31,665 nucleotides of DNA from an archaeon (GCA_037134055.1 JBAXMY010000001.1:1-31665); one strand, 5' to 3'. Counted from the first letter of the stretch, positions 16,773 to 25,151 are shown. Program-made: numbers and translations. The notes: generated by a model from the sequence alone, not told the origin.

Positions 16773-17705
16773 CTAACTTAAATTATTCCTAGTCAAAAAC
16801 CAAGCATATGTCTGAGCAAGACCTTCATCGAGGGAAGTCTCAGCCTGCCAACCCAAATGGGCACGTATCTTTCCACAATGCAGGCTTGATTTCATTTGTT
16901 CCCCAGCTCGTCTCTCTCTATATTCTGGTTCAATCTTTTTTTTGAAAAACTTATTCAATTTGCTATAGACCTCAATTATATCAGTTTCCTTGCCCGTACC
17001 AACATTATACACTTCTGAAAGTTCCGAATTCAATGCAAGCAAGTTAGCCTTGGCAACATCTTTCACGAAAACAAAATCCCTGGTCTGTATTCCTCCAAAG
17101 ATAATTGGCTTCTTTCTTGCAAGCAGACTTTCCAAGAATATAGAAATAACTCCTGCCTCTCCTTTTGGATTCTGTCTTGGGCCATACACATTAGAATACC
17201 TTAATACGGTAACTTTCATTCCATGTACCTTGGTGTAATAGTTCAAATACTTCTCAACTGCAAGCTTAGCACAACCATAGGGTGAAACAGGTTCTTCATT
17301 CTCCTCCTCCGGTGTTGGCAAATTTCTAGTATCACCATATATTGCTCCGCCAGTAGATGAGAAAATAAAGTGTTTTACTCCATGCTCCCTGGAAAGTTCA
17401 AGCAAATGCAACGTATGTAAAATATTTATGCGTGCATCTTCCACTGGTTTTTCCAGAGATTTGCGAACATCAATCTGGGCAGCCAGATGATATACAATCT
17501 CAGGTTTTTCCTTCTCAAATATCTCCTTCACGCTATTTTCATCACCCAAGTCTAAATTATAGAAATTGGCTCTAGGATTAACATTCTCTTTCACACCCGT
17601 AGACAAGTTATCCACAACAAACACTCGATGCCCATTTGCAAGAAGCATATCAACAACATGACTTCCTATGAATCCAGCCCCTCCAGTTACAAGTATTTTG
17701 CTCAT
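16773..17705 (-). CDS. galE: NAD-dependent epimerase/dehydratase (UDP-glucose 4-epimerase-like SDR)
   Basis: ILVTGGAGFIGS, HLAAQIDVRKS, FSSTGGAIYG, YGCAK, RYSNVYGPRQ, RDFVFVKD. The exact substrate cannot be determined from sequence. Confidence 0.85.
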   Translation of the reverse strand: MSKILVTGGAGFIGSHVVDMLLANGHRVFVVDNLSTGVKENVNPRANFYNLDLGDENSVKEIFEKEKPEIVYHLAAQIDVRKSLEKPVEDARINILHTLHLLELSREHGVKHFIFSSTGGAIYGDTRNLPTPEEENEEPVSPYGCAKLAVEKYLNYYTKVHGMKVTVLRYSNVYGPRQNPKGEAGVISIFLESLLARKKPIIFGGIQTRDFVFVKDVAKANLLALNSELSEVYNVGTGKETDIIEVYSKLNKFFKKKIEPEYRERRAGEQMKSSLHCGKIRAHLGWQAETSLDEGLAQTYAWFLTRNNLS

Positions 17706-17706
17706 T

Positions 17707-19008
17707 TTAGAGATTACACTTTATAGTCAGAAGTGATTCAAACTTATCCTTTGACAAGTCATATTTTCTAATTGACTCTTCATGATCTTCCCTAAATGCA
17801 CGAATAGATTCTCGAGTAATCAATCCTGCCTCATTGGCCCCCTCTCTTCTAATACATAATTGGGCTGCAGCATGAGCATAATCTAAAATTTCTAGAGAAT
17901 TATAGCCTCCTCTTGCTTCAAGTAGAGTCATTACACCCGTAAATGTGTCTCCAGCCCCATTTTGGTCTACCATTTCTTCTCCTTCAGGTTTAGAACTGCT
18001 AAAACTTGAAACTTTTTGCCAATATAATATTCCATCAGAATCCAGCATGTATACTCCTTCCTTACCCCTAGTAACGTACACCCTTCTCTTTGAACTTCCG
18101 CCTTCAGAACCTTCTAGTATTTTAAGCATCCCCCTATAGAAATCTCTTGACGTCAACTGACTTGCACTTCCTCTATTGGTAAACATTTCCGATTTAGTAA
18201 ATTCAAAGAATTCTTCCTGATTTGAAACATATATCTCTGCTGAATTCACTAGTCTGCATACATCAAGTCCGTTCTTCCTCTCTGCCAACATAGAATTGGT
18301 CACAGCAGCAACAAGATGTGGTTGATTCCCAGATTTTGCAGATTCATCATATCTATCTAATATCCCTTCAAGATAACTCTTATCCTTTACACTATTTACA
18401 ACAAGAAGATCATTGCGTTCAAATCTCAAAAATCTGTCCAACTTTAATCTTAAATCTCCAATTTCTGATTCTTCAAATGGCTTTTCCCTTGAAGTATATG
18501 CAACCCTATCTCCATTGGAACGGAGGCTTATGTTGATGGCATCTCCATCAGTTTTTCTAATCCAATTGTACGAACGATTTGACCTATCAAGTTCTCCATC
18601 AAGAGTATCCCTCACAAATCTATTTAGTTCTGAAACGAGCAATTCTAAACTAATAACTGAACCAAAACTCTGCTCAAGTGTTGCAGCCGCATAATAGTTA
18701 TTTGTGGGGCCTCCTCCAGGTCGAGGAATGCAATTTAGGGATTTGGTCTCGGTTACACCTTCAATCTTATCACTCAGTGTCCAGATAGAATCGTCGGTGA
18801 TATTTTTCTCAAACCGGTTCTCCCTTCCAGCCTTTAAAGTAAGATACATAACTGTACCTCCGACTAGTTTGAGAATTATATCCTCTTTGGGGACAAAAAC
18901 TCCTTTCTTCTTATTTTCATCACTTAAATCAGCCATTCTAGCTAACTCTGATTTATCCAATTTGGCAGTCCAATCTACTACATTTCCTCCAACATAACAT
19001 ATTCTCAT
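17707..19008 (-). CDS. Divergent PfkB/ribokinase-family sugar kinase
   Basis: N-terminal YVGGNVVD, PGGGPTN, NQEEF, VYVTRGKEG and DQNGAGDTF anion-hole motif. Confidence 0.8.
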   Translation of the reverse strand: MRICYVGGNVVDWTAKLDKSELARMADLSDENKKKGVFVPKEDIILKLVGGTVMYLTLKAGRENRFEKNITDDSIWTLSDKIEGVTETKSLNCIPRPGGGPTNNYYAAATLEQSFGSVISLELLVSELNRFVRDTLDGELDRSNRSYNWIRKTDGDAINISLRSNGDRVAYTSREKPFEESEIGDLRLKLDRFLRFERNDLLVVNSVKDKSYLEGILDRYDESAKSGNQPHLVAAVTNSMLAERKNGLDVCRLVNSAEIYVSNQEEFFEFTKSEMFTNRGSASQLTSRDFYRGMLKILEGSEGGSSKRRVYVTRGKEGVYMLDSDGILYWQKVSSFSSSKPEGEEMVDQNGAGDTFTGVMTLLEARGGYNSLEILDYAHAAAQLCIRREGANEAGLITRESIRAFREDHEESIRKYDLSKDKFESLLTIKCNL

Positions 19009-19018
19009 AGTCTATCCC

Positions 19019-19714
19019 TCAACCAGATTCCCACGCTGATTGATTCGCACCAAGTAACTCTCTTCTAGCCCTTACCAACTGGGGATGTGTTTGAATTAAT
19101 TTATAATAGTTTTTAACTAATCTTGGACAATCCTCCATAAACTGGAGATGATTGTCATACCTAATTGCATAGGGGCATGGCTCATCAAATTTCAAATGTT
19201 GTCCAGCAAGAACAACTCTTGTTTGATAGTCCGGTCCGAGGGTTTTAAAGAATTTGTCATACAAATCCCAAACGGGCATCTCCGGAGCCGCCAATTCTTG
19301 TTCCATCCAACTTTCCCCAGAATCGTATTTCTCGATGCTAATTGAGCTGCAATTGGCAACCTGAACTAACAATATCTTCCTGCCTTGCCTTTCTGCTGCA
19401 TGAGCTAATTTTTTTGTAATCTCTAGAGTGCTTGCTTCTAATCCAGAACCCTGGACTAAATACATATCGTGTTCCACATGCTCCAAAAACTTCTGTCTAT
19501 CCTGATCACTTCCTTTTAATTGCATTCCGTCATGCCTCAAAGTGCATGTATCATTGTAAAACTCTTTCACATCGAAAGTAAAATTAGACTCCTGGAATGC
19601 ATCGAGAAGCTGTTGATTTTGTGACAGACATGTAGGCACATCATCTCCATCCACCGTATTCAAATTATTCAAGAAAATTCCGAAGGAAGGAGTTATGATT
19701 CTTTCTTTAGCCAT
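19019..19714 (-). CDS. Hypothetical protein
   Basis: 231-aa ATG ORF, co-oriented with and 10 nt from the kinase gene. Confidence 0.75.
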   Translation of the reverse strand: MAKERIITPSFGIFLNNLNTVDGDDVPTCLSQNQQLLDAFQESNFTFDVKEFYNDTCTLRHDGMQLKGSDQDRQKFLEHVEHDMYLVQGSGLEASTLEITKKLAHAAERQGRKILLVQVANCSSISIEKYDSGESWMEQELAAPEMPVWDLYDKFFKTLGPDYQTRVVLAGQHLKFDEPCPYAIRYDNHLQFMEDCPRLVKNYYKLIQTHPQLVRARRELLGANQSAWESG

Positions 19715-20129
19715 ACACTATAGAATTCCTGGACAGACTTAACAATTATCAATATATTTCCATACCTCGCTATCCTAGTCTATTCCAACTATGCTCGGCT
19801 ATTCGAAATATGGAAGCATATTTCGTATATCTTGTCTTCGTCTAATCCTACAATGTAAACGAACTTTCGCCCACTAATTAATAAAAGATGAGGTGAAAGT
19901 TAGGTCAACCTGCTGATTTTCGAACTAAGAGAACAATTCTGGAAGAATTGAGATAGATACCTCTTATGAGAGATTAACCGACTTCCACAGAGAAGCGCGT
20001 GTGTGAACTAAGAGCCACGCGAGGTATAATTTACTTGAAGAGCTGTTTCGAGCGTAATCGCATTATTTATTAGAATTTATGGCTGGCGAACAATTAGGGT
20101 GGGGGACGGCGCACGCTGTTTTTGGTTAG
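19715..20129. other. Structured non-coding flank (left)
   Basis: No ORF of meaningful length. Perfect hairpins at 19804-19825 (9 bp) and 19934-19950 (7 bp), CGCGTG/CACGCG at 19996-20021, and direct repeat GAACTAAGAG at 19922 and 20005. Confidence 0.6.
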
Positions 20130-21004
20130 TTATTTCCTTTTGAAATAGATAAAACTAGCTATCAAACCAATTGTAAATAAAATTCCGCCTGTCAAATTAC
20201 TCGATGTTTGATTTAAACTGGCAATTACATTACCAGTTATATTTGAAGATAAAAAAAATAAACCTGCGATGAGTCCTGTAACGGCAATTATAGAAAGAAA
20301 GTGAGATGCTAAATTTGCATTTTTCATTCCCACCTTGCGCTTTCTTTCATCTATCGCCTCTTTCATTCTTCTAACTTGTAACAAACCACTGTCTATTCTT
20401 TTTTCTAGTTTTTCATTCTCTTTTCTTCCATCTGCAGTTTGTGGTAAAAGATTAATCGTGTTTATAGCATGTTCATAGCAGTATAGCGCTTTGTTAAGGC
20501 GTCCTTGATCCATGTAACGTTCTCCAGCATAACAATAGAAGCCTGGTGTAGATTGGCTTTTTTTCATTTCGAGTCTTTGGGCTTCGACGAGGTCGTTATC
20601 CGCACCTTTTGTTTTTTCGAGTTTTTCAAGAATTCTTCTAAAGAAACCTTTTTGTATCCCAACTAGCTCATCCGAACTACTGACATTATACGTAGGATTA
20701 GCACTGTCTAAATCATGGTAGCTATGCCTTCTATGTTCTGCTCTTCGAAGCTCTCTTCCAAGTTTTTGTCTGTCATAAAGGTTCAATTCCTGCGGGTCAA
20801 TTGATTTTAAATGGTTCACGGCATTATCTGTAAACTCTTGTGAAAAATATGGCATATCTTTGGCCTCTTTAATTAATTTCCTAACTCGAGGAGATAACCT
20901 TTTTTCTTTTTTATTCATCTCTTTTATAGCAATCATCGATTTAAATTCTTTTGCAAGCGCGCCGTCGGGTGGGGGTTGGTAAATACTGAGCCAGCCATAA
21001 ATTC
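20073..21004. repeat. Inverted repeats flanking the 20130 gene
   Basis: GAATTTATGGCTGGC (20073-20087) and its exact reverse complement (20990-21004); GACGGCGC (20105-20112) and GCGCCGTC (20959-20966); GGGTGGGGG present as a direct repeat at 20097 and 20967. Confidence 0.85.
20130..20918 (-). CDS. Helical (TPR-like) protein with C-terminal two-TM NITGNVI tail
   Basis: AATTTAAA at -29 favours ATG 20918 (MNKKEK). YAGERYMDQGRLNKALYCYEHAI is TPR-like. The tail resembles that of 6295..7266. Confidence 0.85.
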   Translation of the reverse strand: MNKKEKRLSPRVRKLIKEAKDMPYFSQEFTDNAVNHLKSIDPQELNLYDRQKLGRELRRAEHRRHSYHDLDSANPTYNVSSSDELVGIQKGFFRRILEKLEKTKGADNDLVEAQRLEMKKSQSTPGFYCYAGERYMDQGRLNKALYCYEHAINTINLLPQTADGRKENEKLEKRIDSGLLQVRRMKEAIDERKRKVGMKNANLASHFLSIIAVTGLIAGLFFLSSNITGNVIASLNQTSSNLTGGILFTIGLIASFIYFKRK

Positions 21005-21292
21005 CTATTCGTTCTAGTGCGATTTTGTTTAAGCATGATTAGACGTCAGAGCGTCGTCCGCTTTCCGTCCGCTTAAACGAAGCGAGAAACTAAAGCTCGA
21101 AAGTTTTTCTTGCAGGAAGAAAAAGCCGTAGGCTAAATTCTACTTTCGGTTAATCACCATTAACCGCCCTTTTGATGACAAATTTAAAATCTAAAGGCGC
21201 CGATGCCGAGCGCGTTCGGCGCTTCGCGCCTCACTTACTATTGAGGCTATTTTTTTTTGACGTCACAATAGCCAAAAACTATTTTTCTTTTT
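20937..21292. other. Structured GC-rich non-coding flank (right), MITE/REP-like or ncRNA
   Basis: Hairpins at 21104-21124, 21124-21134, 21147-21166, 21205-21220, 21218-21230, 21229-21246 and 21245-21273; CGTCCGCTT tandem at 21055 and 21066. Confidence 0.6.
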
Positions 21293-21598
21293 TTACATGT
21301 ACATTACAAGGCCAGTCATAGCAGCATAACCTAAAATTCTTAGAGATTCAATCTTCAAGAGATTGATTCTTCTATGCCTTGTTTGAGCAAGGCTCTCCTC
21401 ACTAACATTGTTTCTTTCTATTGGAGGTGACCAAAGATGAGAAGTCATATACATTGGTAAAAGAAGAGCAGCAGGATCCATATTCAATTCATAATCTCGA
21501 TTGTATTCATTCACAGTTTCTGCAAAATCCTTTGATTTTTTACTTACAACGCCTGCTAAAACCATGTTCTGAGTTATTGTATCGAACAAACTTGCCAT
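21293..21598 (-). CDS. Small hypothetical protein with hydrophobic C-terminus
   Basis: The track start at 21610 is TTG. ATG 21598 has TTTAAATA at -29. Confidence 0.7.
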   Translation of the reverse strand: MASLFDTITQNMVLAGVVSKKSKDFAETVNEYNRDYELNMDPAALLLPMYMTSHLWSPPIERNNVSEESLAQTRHRRINLLKIESLRILGYAAMTGLVMYM

Positions 21599-21619
21599 GA
21601 AAGTTGTCAAAAACGGGTA

Positions 21620-21627
21620 TATTTAAA
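21620..21627 (-). promoter_or_regulatory. TATA box for 21293..21598
   Basis: TTTAAATA at -29..-22. Confidence 0.7.
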
Positions 21628-21680
21628 CCTTTATTCTAAGAAAACAACAACCTTAAAACCCCACATTTCTCATTAGAATT

Positions 21681-23120
21681 ATGTTAGACTCCAGGATACT
21701 AAATGCATTGACAATCCTAGCTAGAAAGCTCAAGAAATACAAATGGGTACTTATAGGAAGTACGAATCTCGCTGTTCAAGGCGTGGATGTTGCAGCACAC
21801 GACCTAGATATCATGATAGACAGGACTAACATGGAATTCGTTGCACAAGATCTGAAGGAATATGAAAAAAAAGAATTCGAATTCATGGAGAAGGGTCCAT
21901 TCAAGGGATATTACTCAGAATATGAAATAGATGGTGTCAAAGTAGAGATCATGGTTGACTTTGAAATACTTCAAAACAACAACTGGGAAAAATTAAATAC
22001 GAGATTGGAAGAACCAATCATGGTAAATCTTCGTGGATTACTAGTTCCCTGCTCAAGAATAGAAGAACAGCTCAGAGGATATAAACATCTCAATAGAGAC
22101 AAGGACCAAGAGAAAATTGCCAAACTTGAAAATTTCCTTGCCAACCGATCTGAGAAAAAACACAAGTATGAAATGAAGCCTCTTTTCGAGCAAAGAATGC
22201 AAACACTCCTGTCGGATCCTGCTGATTTTGAAAAATTCAAAAAGATTATTCACATGCCTACTCGAAACTTCATAAGATGTAATAATCTCAAGATAACACC
22301 CGATGCATTAATGGAAAGGTTAAATAAAAAGTGGAAAGTTGTTCAACCATTCTCCGATTATCCTGAAATAATGATAATTGAATCGAATTTAGACCCTGGA
22401 GAGCTAGGTTCTTCCCTTGAACACCTTCTTGGATACTACTATGTCCAAGAAATTTCTTCAATGCTATCAATTCTAGCTTTAGATCCAAAACCTGGCGAAC
22501 TTGTTCTAGATATTTGTGCCTCTCCAGGTTCCAAGACTTCCCAAATGGCTGCACGCATGGAGAATCAAGGAACAATAATTGCAAATGATTTTAAAATGGA
22601 CAGAATTGCAATCCTTTCCGCAAACCTGGAACGTTGTGGTGCCATGAACACAATCATAACAAGAAATGATGGCGTGCAATTATGTGAACGCCTGGCCACT
22701 TCATTCAAAAAGTTTGATAAAATACTTCTTGACGCTCCCTGCTCTGGAGAAGGAACCCTGCGTTCGTCCGTTAAAACATTCCTCATGTGGAATCCTAAAG
22801 TTGTGAAGAAATTCGGTCGTCAACAGAAAAAGATGATGGCTTCAGCACTCAAATGCCTTAAAGTTGGAGGAACTCTTGTTTACAGCACTTGCACTCACGC
22901 TCCAGAGGAAGATGAATCAGTAGTAAATTTTGCTCTACGCAATTTTCCAGTTAAACTTGAGACCATTGCATTGCCTTTGAAATGCAGGCCAGGCATTTCT
23001 AAATGGGGAGATGAAACCTTTTTGCCAGAAATTGGTAAATGCTGTCGTATCTATCCCCAGGATAACGATAGCGAAGGATTTTTTGTATCAAAGTTAACAT
23101 TGTTGGAGGAAATAAAATGA
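21681..23120 (+). CDS. Fusion: N-terminal nucleotidyltransferase plus RsmB/RsmF/NOP2-family RNA m5C methyltransferase
   Basis: aa 1-155 contain WVLIGSTNLAVQG...DLDI...VEI. aa ~162-479 contain QEISSML, LDICASPGSKT, LLDAPCSGEG and YSTCT, so both catalytic Cys are present. Confidence 0.9.
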   Translation: MLDSRILNALTILARKLKKYKWVLIGSTNLAVQGVDVAAHDLDIMIDRTNMEFVAQDLKEYEKKEFEFMEKGPFKGYYSEYEIDGVKVEIMVDFEILQNNNWEKLNTRLEEPIMVNLRGLLVPCSRIEEQLRGYKHLNRDKDQEKIAKLENFLANRSEKKHKYEMKPLFEQRMQTLLSDPADFEKFKKIIHMPTRNFIRCNNLKITPDALMERLNKKWKVVQPFSDYPEIMIIESNLDPGELGSSLEHLLGYYYVQEISSMLSILALDPKPGELVLDICASPGSKTSQMAARMENQGTIIANDFKMDRIAILSANLERCGAMNTIITRNDGVQLCERLATSFKKFDKILLDAPCSGEGTLRSSVKTFLMWNPKVVKKFGRQQKKMMASALKCLKVGGTLVYSTCTHAPEEDESVVNFALRNFPVKLETIALPLKCRPGISKWGDETFLPEIGKCCRIYPQDNDSEGFFVSKLTLLEEIK

Positions 23121-23569
23121 GATATCTGAAAAGCAGTGAGAAAAAAGAGATAATGACTGGACTGAAAGAACAATATGGTATAGAAGAAGTTCCCTATTTG
23201 ATATTTGAAGGTGGAAAAGAGAAAACTCGTGCTTTCTCCGGCTCTCTTTCCACAGAAGAGATAGAAGATCTCTGGCAAATTGCTAGAGTTGAGATAATCG
23301 GCATTTACGTTCTAAAGAAAGAAGGAGATTACCGATTAAGTTTCGATGCAACACAGCTTCTTGCAAATAGAATCACAAAGGGAGTTATAGAAATCAATTA
23401 TGAACAACTTAAAAAATGGATGAAAGGTGAAGACTTGGATATAGTTGCACCTAAAGGAACCTATGTTATCAAATACGGGAATGACTTTTTAGGTTGCTGC
23501 AAATCCAATGGCGAAAAGCTTTTCAACTACGTTCCCAAAGATAGAAGAGTGAGAAAGGAGCTAAGATGA
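23117..23569 (+). CDS. RsmF C-terminal / NIP7-like PUA-type RNA-binding protein
   Basis: ATGA overlap with the methylase; WMKGEDL...YVIKYGNDFLGCCK...LFNYVPKDRR resembles the RsmF C-terminal domain. Confidence 0.7.
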   Translation: MRYLKSSEKKEIMTGLKEQYGIEEVPYLIFEGGKEKTRAFSGSLSTEEIEDLWQIARVEIIGIYVLKKEGDYRLSFDATQLLANRITKGVIEINYEQLKKWMKGEDLDIVAPKGTYVIKYGNDFLGCCKSNGEKLFNYVPKDRRVRKELR

Positions 23570-24585
23570 CTGAAAAAAATTACGGCGGACAATCATCCTA
23601 TGGGGCAAAGGGCGCAGTCAGCACTGCAACTAAACCACTTGTGACAAAAAAAACAGTCAAACAAATTAAAGATGATAAACCTCAAGCATTGGATAATGAT
23701 CTAGGCACGGAAGAACAGAATTATATCAAAGCAGGCAAAATTGCAGCCAAAGTCAAAGAATATGTGAAAACAATTGTAAAATCGGGAGTTCCATTATTAG
23801 AAATTGCTGAAAAAATAGAATCTAAAATACAAGAGTTAGGTGGAAAGCCAGCATTCCCCGTCAATTTATCCATAGATACAATTGCAGCACACGCAACCCC
23901 CCTATTCAACGACCAGGAGACTGCCCATGGATTACTAAAAGTAGATCTTGGAGTGCACATTGATGGATGTATTGCCGATACGTCACTCTCATTTGACCTT
24001 GATGGTCTGGAAGAAAATAAAAAACTTATTGAAGCTGCTGAAGCAGCTCTAAAAAAAGCATTGGAAGTAGTAAGACTAGGCATACCTTTGCGAGAGATAG
24101 GACAAGCAATTGAAAAAACAATAAATGAGCACGGCTTTGTCCCAGTACATAATTTGTCTGGGCACTCGCTTTCTCCAAATGTCATCCATGCTGGAATAAC
24201 CATTCCAAATTATGATAATTCTCAAACTATGCCCCTGGAAGAAGGAGCCTATGCAATCGAACCATTCACTACAAATGGGGCTGGCGCCGTCCGTGATGGA
24301 AAACCTTCAACAATCTATTCCCTGGAGAGTGAAGGTGCAGTTCGCGATAACTTCGCCCGTGAAGTTCTAATGTATATTGTAGAAGAATATCAAACCTTGC
24401 CATTCTGCACTCGCTGGCTTGTAAAAAAGTTTGGCACAAGAGCATTGATTGCAGTAAAAAGAATTGAAGAAGCTGGTATCCTTCATTCATACCATCAACT
24501 TATCGAACGCGGTGGAGGAAAGGTCGCCCAGGCAGAACATACAATCCTTATTACGAAGGATAAGAAAATAATTACAACACAATAA
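23566..24585 (+). CDS. map: Methionine aminopeptidase, archaeal type 2
   Basis: AFPVNLS..AAHATP, KVDLGVHIDGCIAD, GHSL...IH, IEPF, QAEHT and the type-2 helical insert. Confidence 0.95.
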   Translation: MTEKNYGGQSSYGAKGAVSTATKPLVTKKTVKQIKDDKPQALDNDLGTEEQNYIKAGKIAAKVKEYVKTIVKSGVPLLEIAEKIESKIQELGGKPAFPVNLSIDTIAAHATPLFNDQETAHGLLKVDLGVHIDGCIADTSLSFDLDGLEENKKLIEAAEAALKKALEVVRLGIPLREIGQAIEKTINEHGFVPVHNLSGHSLSPNVIHAGITIPNYDNSQTMPLEEGAYAIEPFTTNGAGAVRDGKPSTIYSLESEGAVRDNFAREVLMYIVEEYQTLPFCTRWLVKKFGTRALIAVKRIEEAGILHSYHQLIERGGGKVAQAEHTILITKDKKIITTQ

Positions 24586-24616
24586 TCTTTTTATAGTTCC
24601 TTTTAAGAACAAAATT

Positions 24617-25150
24617 ATGGGCAAAATAATCCTTCCGAACACCTATGTTGAAAAGTTAGAATATCCGTTCATTTTCTTAGCAGGACCAATAAGAGATGCC
24701 CCTTCCTGGCATGATGATGCCATAAATACCTTATTTTCCCTCAATAAAGATGTAATGATAGCCTCCCCTGCAAGGAGACTGGACTCGGCGCTAATGAAAT
24801 ACGTTCAACCAGGCAACAACGAAAAATTTCATAGACAGAGAGAATGGGAAAGATATCATTTAGAATTTGCATCCAAAGACGGCGGATCAATAATGTTCTG
24901 GTTACCTAGCGCTGCAAAACATAGCTGCGACAAATCCTATGGTGCAATGACTCGTAAGGAGCTTGGCGATTGGACAACCACTAAAAAATTCAGGCCATCC
25001 ACAAATCTTTGTATCGGAACAGATAATCATTTCTCAGAGATACACACCCTGAGATATGATATATCTCAGGATTTGCCAAATCTTAAAATATTTTCCAGTT
25101 TGGAAGAAACATGCAAAGAGGCGATGAGACTAGCCACTCAAGACCCATAA
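24617..25150 (+). CDS. Nucleoside 2-deoxyribosyltransferase-like protein
   Basis: IFLAGPI...W, SP, QREWERYHL, IMFWLP and TRKELG pattern; TTTTTATA at -29. Confidence 0.75.
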   Translation: MGKIILPNTYVEKLEYPFIFLAGPIRDAPSWHDDAINTLFSLNKDVMIASPARRLDSALMKYVQPGNNEKFHRQREWERYHLEFASKDGGSIMFWLPSAAKHSCDKSYGAMTRKELGDWTTTKKFRPSTNLCIGTDNHFSEIHTLRYDISQDLPNLKIFSSLEETCKEAMRLATQDP

Positions 25151-25151
25151 A

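Noticed and set aside
19019-19714. Isochorismatase-like pattern (LVQGSGLEASTLEIT...AERQGRKILLV)
   Set aside because: The catalytic Cys and the N-terminal Asp motif are missing and the spacing is off; too weak to call.
19760-19860. Group I intron S-like (AAGATATA) and R-like (AGACTA) words on the minus strand
   Set aside because: They are in the wrong order, there is no P7 pairing and no interrupted host gene.
19922-20014. CRISPR-like repeat GAACTAAGAG
   Set aside because: Only two 10-nt copies, 83 nt apart; no array and no cas genes anywhere in the window.
20060-20135. Canonical integron attC after the 20130 gene (ACTAAC ... GTTCGCC on the minus strand)
   Set aside because: The ends do not fit RYYYAAC/GTTRRRY, they are not complementary, there are no L boxes, and no integrase is in the window. 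Only a loose analogy is kept.
20990-21017. Xer dif-like site GCCAGCCATAA-attcct-ATTCGTTCTAG
   Set aside because: Only about 5 of 11 matches to a XerD-type arm, and that arm is not conserved in the left copy.
19715-21292. RNase P RNA or SRP RNA in the long non-coding flanks
   Set aside because: No GAGGAAAGUCC / ACAGAA..CGGCUUA P4 pair and no SRP helix-8 GCCAGG..GGAAG..AGCA motif on either strand.
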